The position numbers and the translations under genes were made by a program. Source: an uncultured Peptococcaceae bacterium (GTDB taxonomy: Bacteria > Bacillota > Dehalobacteriia > UBA4068 > UBA4997). Taken from it: a DNA stretch of 64,000 nt. The stretch is from positions 1,484 through 65,483 of the forward strand of contig CANQPG010000004.1 of NCBI GenBank assembly GCA_947625705.1, written 5' to 3'. Under the pieces are notes generated by a model. That model was not told where the DNA came from, did not search any database, and saw only the letters and a list, made by a program, of their open reading frames with translations. This document shows positions 56,828 to 64,000 of this stretch, piece by piece (positions within the stretch are counted from its first letter, which is position 1; every line of letters starts with the position of its first letter).

Positions 56828-58915
56828 TTAATAGAACAGCAATTCGCTGTAAGTGGGGAACGGCCAGTATTTATCGGCTGTCAGCACCTCCAGAGCGTCC
56901 GCCGCCTGCCGCAGCGCCGCCATCTTCGGCAGCACCGTGTCATGATAATAATGCGCAATGGCTTCGGTGCCGCCCACCGCAGCAGCCTTGGCCACGGTCT
57001 CGTCCAGCTCGTCGATCCGGTCGGAAAGCTCGTCGTTCAGGGCGGAGAGCTTCTTCAGCAGCTTTTCCTCCGCCTTGGCCGAAACACCCAAGTCCTTTTT
57101 CAGCTTCAGCGTCTTGGCCAGCTCCTTGGAGTAGGTGAGCACGGCGGGGGCAATTTCCGTCCGCGCCATATCCAGCATGGTCAGCACCTCGATGTGCAGT
57201 ACCTTGTAATACTCCTCCAGCAAGCTTTCCTGCCGCGCTTCCATTTCTTTCAGGTTATAAATGCCCTGACGTGCGAACATTTCCACGTTCTTCTTATCGG
57301 TGTAATGCGGCAGCGCGTCGGCGGTGGATTTCAAATTCAGCAGCCCGCGCTTTTCGGCCTCGGCCACCCATTCGTCGGAGTAGTTGTTGCCGTTAAAGAC
57401 GATACGTTCATGCGCTTTCAGCTCGTCTTTTAAAAGAGTGTTCAGCGCGCTGTTGAAATCCTTGGCCTTGACTTTTTCCAGCTTATCGGCAAAGCCGCCC
57501 AGCGTATCGGCCACAATAGCGTTCAGAATGATATTGGTGCAGGAAAGCGAGAAACCGGAACCCAACATACGGAACTCGAACTTGTTGCCGGTGAACGCAA
57601 AAGGCGAGGTGCGGTTGCGGTCGGTGCTGTCTTTCGGCAGGTTCGGCAGCACCGAAACACCGGAATCCAGCACGTCATCGGCGAATTTCTTGCAATCCAG
57701 GTCATCTTTCAGCGAGTCGATAACGGCCTGCAATTCGTCACCCAAAAACATCGAAACGATAGCGGGCGGCGCTTCGTTGGCGCCCAAGCGGTGATCGTTG
57801 CCGGCGCTGGCCACGGATATCCGCAGCAGATCCTGATAATCGTCCACAGCCTTGATAACGGCGGTGAGGAACGTCAAAAACTGCATATTCTTGCGCGGGG
57901 TCTTGCCGGGCTCCAACAGATTTTCGCCCAGATCAGTCGCCATCGACCAGTTGTTGTGCTTACCGGAGCCGTTCACGCCGTCGAACGGTTTTTCATGCAG
58001 CAGGCAGGCCAGCCCGTGGCGGGAAGCAACTTTCTTCATCATCTCCATCACCAGCTGGTTGTTATCGGTGGCAATGTTGGTGGAGGTGTAGATCGTCGCC
58101 AGCTCATGCTGGGCAGGGGCGACCTCGTTATGCCGCGTTTTGGCGAGGATACCCAATTTCCAAAGCTCCTCGTCCAGATCCTGCATGTATTCCATCACGC
58201 GGGTGCGGATAGCGCCGAAATAATGATCTTCCAGCTCCTGCCCTTTGGGGGGCATGGCGCCGAACAGGGTGCGTCCGGTGAAGCGGAGGTCTTTGCGCTG
58301 CTTGAACATCTCGCCGTCTACCAGGAAATATTCCTGCTCCGGGCCAACGGTGGTGGTGACGCGCTGGGCTTCGGTGTTGCCGAACAGGCGGAGTATCCGC
58401 AGCGCCTGCTTGTTAATGGCTTCCATCGAACGCAGCAGCGGTATCTTCTTATCCAGAATTTCGCCGCCATAGGAACAAAAGGCGGTGGGGATACACAGCG
58501 TATTGTTCTTAATAAAAGCGTAAGAGGTGGGATCCCAGGCGGTGTAACCGCGCGCCTCGAACGTGGAACGCAGGCCACCGGAGGGGAAAGAAGAAGCGTC
58601 CGGCTCGCCCTGGATCAAGTTTTTACCGGAAAATTCCATGATCACGTTGCCGCCCTCGGTGGGCTCGATGAAGCTGTCGTGCTTTTCGGCGGTAACGCCG
58701 GTCAAAGGCTGGAACCAATGCGTGTAGTGGGTGACGCCTTTCTGGATCGCCCAATCTTTCATGGCCGTGGCCACCGATTCCGCCAGCGAGGGATCCAGCG
58801 GGTTGCCGGATTCGATCGTCTTCTTAAGCGCTTTGTAAACCGCCTTGGGCAGCCGCTCCTTCATCACGTTTTCATTAAAAACGTTGCTGCCGAATACCTC
58901 TGGGACGTTTGTCAT
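56828..58915 (-). CDS. glnN: Type III glutamine synthetase
   Basis: 695 aa starting [34 protein letters not shown] after a GGAGGTG RBS. Contains [10 protein letters not shown] and the long GSIII-specific N- and C-terminal regions. Confidence 0.92.
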   Translation of the reverse strand: MTNVPEVFGSNVFNENVMKERLPKAVYKALKKTIESGNPLDPSLAESVATAMKDWAIQKGVTHYTHWFQPLTGVTAEKHDSFIEPTEGGNVIMEFSGKNLIQGEPDASSFPSGGLRSTFEARGYTAWDPTSYAFIKNNTLCIPTAFCSYGGEILDKKIPLLRSMEAINKQALRILRLFGNTEAQRVTTTVGPEQEYFLVDGEMFKQRKDLRFTGRTLFGAMPPKGQELEDHYFGAIRTRVMEYMQDLDEELWKLGILAKTRHNEVAPAQHELATIYTSTNIATDNNQLVMEMMKKVASRHGLACLLHEKPFDGVNGSGKHNNWSMATDLGENLLEPGKTPRKNMQFLTFLTAVIKAVDDYQDLLRISVASAGNDHRLGANEAPPAIVSMFLGDELQAVIDSLKDDLDCKKFADDVLDSGVSVLPNLPKDSTDRNRTSPFAFTGNKFEFRMLGSGFSLSCTNIILNAIVADTLGGFADKLEKVKAKDFNSALNTLLKDELKAHERIVFNGNNYSDEWVAEAEKRGLLNLKSTADALPHYTDKKNVEMFARQGIYNLKEMEARQESLLEEYYKVLHIEVLTMLDMARTEIAPAVLTYSKELAKTLKLKKDLGVSAKAEEKLLKKLSALNDELSDRIDELDETVAKAAAVGGTEAIAHYYHDTVLPKMAALRQAADALEVLTADKYWPFPTYSELLFY

Positions 58916-58956
58916 AACTGCACCTCCAAAAAATCTCTTTCTCTCAAAAGTTTTCC

Positions 58957-58996
58957 ATAAAACAGAAAAGGCGCCGCGGGGTTTGCCCACAGCGCC
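58957..58996 (-). terminator. Leader (5' UTR) intrinsic terminator upstream of glnN, a candidate attenuator
   Basis: On the minus-strand RNA, GGCGCUGUGGG-CAAAC-CCCGCGGCGCC (11 bp) is followed by UUUUCUGUUUU. It lies between the promoter and the RBS. Confidence 0.6.
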
Positions 58997-59014
58997 GTTG
59001 CTGATTACTTTGCT

Positions 59015-59043
59015 ATTATATGCCCGCCGTCGGAGAATGTCAA
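59015..59043 (-). promoter_or_regulatory. Consensus sigma-A promoter of glnN
   Basis: On the minus strand: TTGACA, 17 nt, TATAAT. Confidence 0.65.
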
Positions 59044-59177
59044 CCCCTTTTTTGCAAATTTTCGCAATTTTTTTCGCGGGCGGTGCAAAGCGGCAAAATA
59101 TTGGCAAAATCTTGCATCAGTAAACATTTGTCTTTAACAGAAAAACAAATTTGTACTGTATACAATACAGATTTTTA

Positions 59178-59206
59178 TTGACTGGCGCTTATAATTATTA
59201 TAAAAT
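59178..59206 (+). promoter_or_regulatory. Putative promoter of the split glutamate synthase cluster
   Basis: TTGACT, 17 nt, TAAAAT, within an AT-rich divergent intergenic region. Confidence 0.4.
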
Positions 59207-59293
59207 AAAGCTTATCTTCATTTTTATATTCGACGGCTTAGCCCTGCCGTCGACATATATAATAGATATTTTGAGTTTAAGGGAGTGGACGCT

Positions 59294-60384
59294 ATGCAGA
59301 AAGAGGGGCAGATCAGGATCCCTGCCGGGTGCGCTATCTCGTCGATATTTTCCAGAAGCGGCAAGCGTATCGACGGCAGCCGGATCGTTAAATCCATTGA
59401 AATCATGCATGACCGCAGCAACGGTTTGGGCGGCGGCTTTGCCGGCTACGGTATTTACCCGGAATACAAAAATGCCTATGCCTTTCATGTGTTTTACGAC
59501 ACCGTGGAGGCCAAAAACCAATGCGAGGATTTTCTGGATCGCCATTTTGATATTATCAATCTATCCAAAATACCGATCCGCAAGAACCCCAATATCACCA
59601 ACGAGCCGCTGATCTGGCGCTATTTTGTCAATCCGCTGCCCACCAAGCTGGCCGACAGCCAGCTGGACGAGCAGGAATACGTGGTGCAGTCCGTCGTCCA
59701 CGTCAACGACCAGATGGAGGGCGCCTATATCTTCAGCTGCGGCAAAAACATGGGCGTGTTCAAGGCCTGCGGCTTCCCGGAGGACGTCGGCGATTTTTAC
59801 CGTCTGGAGGAATATGAGGGCTATTCCTGGACGGCGCACGGCCGATACCCCACCAACACGCCCGGCTGGTGGGGCGGCGCGCACCCCTTTGCCCTGCTGG
59901 ATAAACCATCGTGCATAACGGCGAGATTTCCTCCTATGACGCCAACCGCCGTTATATTGAAATGTACGGCTACCGCTGCAATTTAATGACCGATACCGAG
60001 GTCATCACATATATCGTGGATTTTCTGGTGCGCAAGCAGGGGTTGAGCCTGACGGAAATGTCCAACGTCATTGCCGCGCCGTTCTGGTCGACGATCAGCC
60101 GCAAGGAGCCGGCGGAGCGCGAGCGCTTAAGTTACCTCAGAAACGCCTTTGCCAGCCTGTTGATCACCGGGCCGTTTTCCATTCTGCTGGGCTTTGAGGG
60201 CGGGCTGCTCGCCCTGAATGACCGCCTGAAGCTGCGCTCGATGGTGGTGGGCGAAAAGGGCGACATGGTGTATATCGCCAGCGAAGAGGCCGCCATTCGC
60301 GTGATCGAGCCGAATGTGGAGCGTATCTGGTCGCCCCGCGGCGGTGAGCCCGTTATCGTAACGCTGGATCACCTGCATAAATAA
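59294..60384 (+). pseudogene. Class-II (Ntn) glutamine amidotransferase, GltB domain-1-like, with the reading frame broken near 59903-59907
   Basis: Frame A (59294-59986) carries ...HGRYPTNTPGWWGGAHPFALLDK and then continues as sequence I do not recognise. Frame B (from 59905) continues TIVHNGEISSYDANRRY..., the expected next motif. One extra A or C in AAACC would fuse the two frames. Confidence 0.75.
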
Positions 60385-60419
60385 GCAAAGAAAATTTACA
60401 TATAAAGGGAGTATGTGTT

Positions 60420-61925
60420 ATGGCTGTGGATTATTTCTACCCGGAATACGAGATCGTGCGCGACCCCAACCGCTGCATTGCCTGCCGCGTCTGCGAGCGG
60501 CAATGCGCCAACAAAGTCCATTCCTATGACGAAGCAAGCGGCAAAATGGTCTGCGACGACGCCAAATGCGTCAACTGCCACCGCTGCGTCGCACTTTGCC
60601 CCACGCGGGCGCTGAAGATCGTGCCGAGCGGCGACACGTTTAAAAGCAACTCTAACTGGACAGACAATTATATGAAAGAGATTTACCGTCAGGCCAATTC
60701 CGGCGGCGTGCTGCTTTCCTCGATGGGGAACCCGGATAACTTTCCCGTCTATTGGGATAAAATTCTGATCAACGCGTCGCAGGTGACCAATCCCTCGATC
60801 GACCCGCTGCGTGAGCCGATGGAGACCAGAACTTTCCTCGGCAAAAAGCCCACCCATGTGAAGCGCGACAGCAACGGCCGCCTGGTGCCGAACCTGGAGC
60901 CGCAGCTGGAGCTGGCTCTGCCGATCTTGTTCGGCGGCATGTCCTACGGCGCGATCAGCTACAACGCGCATGAGTGCCTGGCGCGGGCGGCAGAGACTAT
61001 CGGTACGTTCTATAACACCGGCGAGGGCGGCCTGCACAAGGATTTCTACAAATACGGCAAAAACACCATCGTGCAGGTGGCTTCCGGCCGTTTCGGCGTC
61101 CACAAGGATTACCTGAACGCGGGCGCGGCCATCGAAATTAAGATCGGCCAGGGCGCGAAGCCCGGTATCGGCGGCCATCTGCCGGGGCTTAAGATCGTCG
61201 GCGACATCTCGCAGACCCGTATGATACCGATGGGCAGCGACGCGATCAGCCCCGCGCCGCACCACGATATTTATTCGATCGAGGATCTGCACCAGCTGGT
61301 CTATTCGCTGAAAGAGGCGACGAATTACGAAAAGCCGGTCATCGTCAAAATTGCCGCCGTGCATAACGTGGCGGCGATTGCCAGCGGCGTGGCCCGAAGC
61401 GGCGCCGATATCATCGCTATCGACGGCTTCCGCGGCGGCACCGGTGCCGCGCCCACCCGTATCCGCGACAACGTGGGAATTCCCATTGAGCTGGCGCTGG
61501 CCGCAGTCGATCAGCGCCTGCGCGAGGAGGGCATACGCGGCAATATCTCCATTATCTGCGGCGGCAGTATCCGCAACAGCGCCGACGTAGTGAAAGCCAT
61601 CGCCCTCGGTGCGGACGCGGTCTATATCGCGACGGCGGCTCTGCTGGCACTGGGCTGCCACCTCTGCCGCAGCTGCCACACCGGCAACTGCAACTGGGGT
61701 ATCGCCACCCAAAAACCGGAGCTGGTCAAGCGCCTGAACACCGACGTGGGCACCGAGCACCTGATCAATATGCTGACGGCCTGGGGACATGAGATAACCG
61801 AGATGATGGGCGGCATGGGTATCAACTCCATTGAAGCGCTGCGCGGCAACCGTCTGATGCTGCGCGGTATCGGACTGACCGACCGGGAGCTTGCCATACT
61901 CGGTATCAAGCACGCCGGCGAGTAA
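60420..61925 (+). CDS. Glutamate synthase FMN-binding core (GltB domain-2-like) with an N-terminal 2x[4Fe-4S] ferredoxin domain
   Basis: CIACRVCERQC and CVNCHRCVALCP, followed by GGMSYGAIS, IKIGQGAKPGIGGHLPG, SPAPHHDIYSIEDL and AIDGFRGGTGAAP. Confidence 0.88.
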   Translation: MAVDYFYPEYEIVRDPNRCIACRVCERQCANKVHSYDEASGKMVCDDAKCVNCHRCVALCPTRALKIVPSGDTFKSNSNWTDNYMKEIYRQANSGGVLLSSMGNPDNFPVYWDKILINASQVTNPSIDPLREPMETRTFLGKKPTHVKRDSNGRLVPNLEPQLELALPILFGGMSYGAISYNAHECLARAAETIGTFYNTGEGGLHKDFYKYGKNTIVQVASGRFGVHKDYLNAGAAIEIKIGQGAKPGIGGHLPGLKIVGDISQTRMIPMGSDAISPAPHHDIYSIEDLHQLVYSLKEATNYEKPVIVKIAAVHNVAAIASGVARSGADIIAIDGFRGGTGAAPTRIRDNVGIPIELALAAVDQRLREEGIRGNISIICGGSIRNSADVVKAIALGADAVYIATAALLALGCHLCRSCHTGNCNWGIATQKPELVKRLNTDVGTEHLINMLTAWGHEITEMMGGMGINSIEALRGNRLMLRGIGLTDRELAILGIKHAGE

Positions 61926-61937
61926 GGAGGGATAGCC

Positions 61938-62366
61938 ATGAAACGAGTTTATGTGCAGGAACAATGGTGTCTGGCCTGCCATTTATGCGAATACGCCTGC
62001 GCCTTTGCCAATTCCGGCCAAAAGGATATGAGCAAAGCCCTGAAAGGCGTCAAAATCAACCCGCGTATCCGTATCGAGGAGCGCGATAACATCAGCTTTG
62101 CGGTGAATTGCCGCCATTGCGAGGAGCCGCTCTGCCAAAAGAGCTGTATCTCCGGAGCGATTTCCGTCAAGGACGGCGTGGTACATATCGACCAGGATAA
62201 GTGCGTCGGCTGCTATACCTGCGTGCTGGCCTGCCCGTATGGCGCGATCATGCCGGCGGACGGCGGCCATGTTATGCAGAAGTGTGAGCTTTGCACGGCA
62301 AACGGCGGCGAGCCGGCCTGCGTGGCGGCCTGCCCCAACCGGGCGATCGTGTTTGAAGAGAGGTGA
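61938..62366 (+). CDS. 4Fe-4S dicluster (polyferredoxin-like) protein
   Basis: 142 aa with CLACHLCEYAC, CRHCEEPLCQKSC, CVGCYTCVLACP and CELC...CVAACP. Confidence 0.85.
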   Translation: MKRVYVQEQWCLACHLCEYACAFANSGQKDMSKALKGVKINPRIRIEERDNISFAVNCRHCEEPLCQKSCISGAISVKDGVVHIDQDKCVGCYTCVLACPYGAIMPADGGHVMQKCELCTANGGEPACVAACPNRAIVFEER

Positions 62367-62371
62367 GGGCG

Positions 62372-63616
62372 ATGAAATACGTTATTATCGGCAACTCAGC
62401 CGGGGCGATAGGCTGTATCGAGGGTATCCGCCGCCACGACAAGGCGGGGCATATCGTGCTTATATCAGCCGAGCCTTATCATACCTATTCCCGCCCGCTG
62501 ATCTCATACCTGCTGCTGGGGGCGACCGACGAGCAGCGCATGAAATACCGCCCGGACGACTTCTATCAGCAAAACGGCGTGGAAACGATACTCGGCGTGG
62601 CCGTCAGCAAGATCGACGCGGCCAAAAAGCAATTAAAGCTCTCTGACGGGCACACCGTTAAATATGACAAGCTGCTGGCCGCCACCGGCAGCACCCCGTT
62701 CGTGCCGCCCACCAAGGGGCTGGAAAAGGCGGCAAACGCGTTCACATTCATGACGCTGGACGACGCGAAAGCGCTGGACGCCGTACTTACGCCCACCTCA
62801 CGCGTGCTGGTGGTGGGCGCGGGGCTGATCGGCCTGAAATGCGTCGAGGGTATTCTCCACAAGGTGCAGAGCGTCACCGTGGTCGATCTGGCCGACCGCG
62901 TGTTGAGCAGTATTCTGAACGAAAAGGGCGCGGCCATCATGCAGCAGTATCTGGCCGCAAAAGGCGTCAACTTCATTATGGGCGACTGTGTGGCCGAGTT
63001 CGGCAAGAACACCGCGCGGCTGCAAAACTCCGGCCAAAAGCTGGAATTTGACGCGCTGGTGATGGCCGTTGGCGTGCGCCCCAACACGCAGCTTTTAGCG
63101 GACGCGGGGGCGGAAACCGACCGCGGCGTTTTGGTTGACGAGCATTGCCAAACTTCGCTTCCCGACGTTTATGCCGCCGGCGACTGCACGCAGGGTTATG
63201 ACATGGCCGCCGGCGAAAAGCGTATTCTGGCGCTGCTGCCCAACGCCTATTTGCAGGGCGAATGTGCCGGGGCGAACATGGCGGGTGCAGAAAAAGAATT
63301 CACCACCGGCCTGGCCATGAACTCGATCGGCTTCTGGGGCAGACACATAATGACGGCGGGCGTCTACGAGGGCAAAGCGCTGGAAGAAACGGACGGCGAT
63401 AACTACAAATGCCTGTTCGTCAAAGATAACCGTCTGGTCGGCTTCATCATTATCGGCGACGTGGCGCGGGCGGGTATTTACACCGCGCTGATCCGGGAAC
63501 AGAAGCCGCTGGACGAGGTGGATTTTGAGCTGATCAAAACGCACCCGCAGCTGATGGCATTCAGCCGCCGCGAGCGCGCGCAAATGCTGGCCGGGGCCAA
63601 GGAGGAAGAAGCATGA
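62372..63616 (+). CDS. FAD/NAD(P)-dependent pyridine nucleotide-disulfide-family oxidoreductase
   Basis: Two Rossmann motifs, VIIGNSAGAIG and VVGAGLIGLK, plus AAGDC. GAGGTGAGGG RBS. Confidence 0.85.
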   Translation: MKYVIIGNSAGAIGCIEGIRRHDKAGHIVLISAEPYHTYSRPLISYLLLGATDEQRMKYRPDDFYQQNGVETILGVAVSKIDAAKKQLKLSDGHTVKYDKLLAATGSTPFVPPTKGLEKAANAFTFMTLDDAKALDAVLTPTSRVLVVGAGLIGLKCVEGILHKVQSVTVVDLADRVLSSILNEKGAAIMQQYLAAKGVNFIMGDCVAEFGKNTARLQNSGQKLEFDALVMAVGVRPNTQLLADAGAETDRGVLVDEHCQTSLPDVYAAGDCTQGYDMAAGEKRILALLPNAYLQGECAGANMAGAEKEFTTGLAMNSIGFWGRHIMTAGVYEGKALEETDGDNYKCLFVKDNRLVGFIIIGDVARAGIYTALIREQKPLDEVDFELIKTHPQLMAFSRRERAQMLAGAKEEEA

Positions 63617-64000
63617 ACATCAACGCCAAAGCAATGCATTTTAAGGATCTGAACGCCAAGATCAGGGAATGTGACGACAGCCAGGTGGTTATCGACAACT
63701 GCCTCGGCCAGCGCTATATCGGCACGGGGCTGAACCACAAGGACATCATCATCAACGGCCTCCCGGGCAACGCGCTCGGCGCCTATCTGGACGGCTCCAA
63801 GATCATCGTGAACGGCAGCACCCAGGAGGCCACCGGCGACACCATGAACGAGGGCGAGATCGTCATCTACGGCAACGCGGGCGACGCGACGGGCTATGCC
63901 ATGCGCGGCGGCAAAATTTTCGTGCGCGGCAATTCCGGTTACCGCACGGGTATCCACATGAAGGAATATCAGGATAAAATTCCCGTCATCGTGATCGGCG
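63613..64000 (+). CDS. GXGXG-motif protein (GltB domain-3-like); 3' end truncated by the window edge
   Basis: Not in the ORF track because no stop is reached. ATGA overlap with the upstream stop. My translation is MNINAKAMHFKDLNAKIRE...GDTMNEGEIVIYGNAGDATGYAMRGGKIFVRGNSGYRTG. Confidence 0.8.
   Translation, partial: MNINAKAMHFKDLNAKIRECDDSQVVIDNCLGQRYIGTGLNHKDIIINGLPGNALGAYLDGSKIIVNGSTQEATGDTMNEGEIVIYGNAGDATGYAMRGGKIFVRGNSGYRTGIHMKEYQDKIPVIVIG

Noticed and set aside
57791-58960. 389-aa plus-strand ORF
   Set aside because: It lies antisense to the type III glutamine synthetase gene and is a shadow ORF.
56712-59293. GlnR/TnrA boxes (TGTNA-N7-TNACA) near amt, glnN and the glutamate synthase cluster
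   Set aside because: I scanned both intergenic regions by eye. The TGT-containing repeats do not fit the spacing or the fifth-position A of the consensus.
59896-59912. Programmed -1 ribosomal frameshift in the amidotransferase gene
   Set aside because: The only permissible shift window (GAT AAA CCA) is not an X XXY YYZ slippery heptamer, and I see no downstream pseudoknot or hairpin. An indel or sequencing error is more parsimonious.
60396-61982. 528-aa minus-strand ORF
   Set aside because: It lies antisense to the FMN-core glutamate synthase gene and is a shadow ORF.

Overview
This 64-kb window looks like chromosomal DNA from a high-GC, Gram-positive, SLH/S-layer-bearing anaerobe, probably Clostridia. 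GC content was judged by eye, not computed. Coding density is high. Almost all long ORFs lying antisense to recognisable genes are GC-driven shadow ORFs.

Most of the window is housekeeping:
- pcrA
- tRNA-Val and tRNA-Ser
- metA
- a heterodimeric ABC exporter
- priA
- ilvD-ilvN-ilvB
- tRNA-Thr
- ruvCAB-queH-spoIID-like-queA-tgt-yajC-secDF-recJ-miaB
- sdhCAB/frd
- tRNA-Gly

I saw no transposase, integrase, CRISPR array or recognisable defence genes. Five blocks are accessory or unusual:
1. 19.7-26.9 kb. A cobalamin-riboswitch-controlled operon encodes an SLH-anchored alpha/alpha-toroid protein and a membrane-tethered DUF4430 protein. Together they resemble the alpha and beta domains of eukaryotic transcobalamin/intrinsic factor. 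They are followed by EcfT, a Cys-rich DUF2284-like protein and an EcfA-EcfA'-S triple fusion. This is my best candidate for an undescribed system, namely Gram-positive surface corrinoid capture plus a dedicated ECF importer.
2. 45.7-48.9 kb. A YtrA-type GntR repressor with a perfect operator palindrome is followed by a GT2-GtrA fusion and an ABC/ABC-2 pair.
3. 48.9-51.8 kb. An AT-richer LRR/Big_2/SLH surface protein gene lies next to a tRNA-Gly whose 3' end is duplicated 166 nt away.
4. 51.9-54.9 kb. An ECF sigma/anti-sigma pair has a free-standing lipoprotein paralog of the anti-sigma sensor domain, and a 27-nt terminator is exactly duplicated.
5. 55-64 kb. A nitrogen locus contains:
   - an Amt-PII fusion
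   - a type III glutamine synthetase behind a leader terminator
   - a divergent five-gene split (archaeal-type) glutamate-synthase cluster whose amidotransferase gene is frameshifted

A Gly-to-Val change in the RuvB P-loop is also noted. All coordinates and motif calls come from reading the sequence. No database searches were run.
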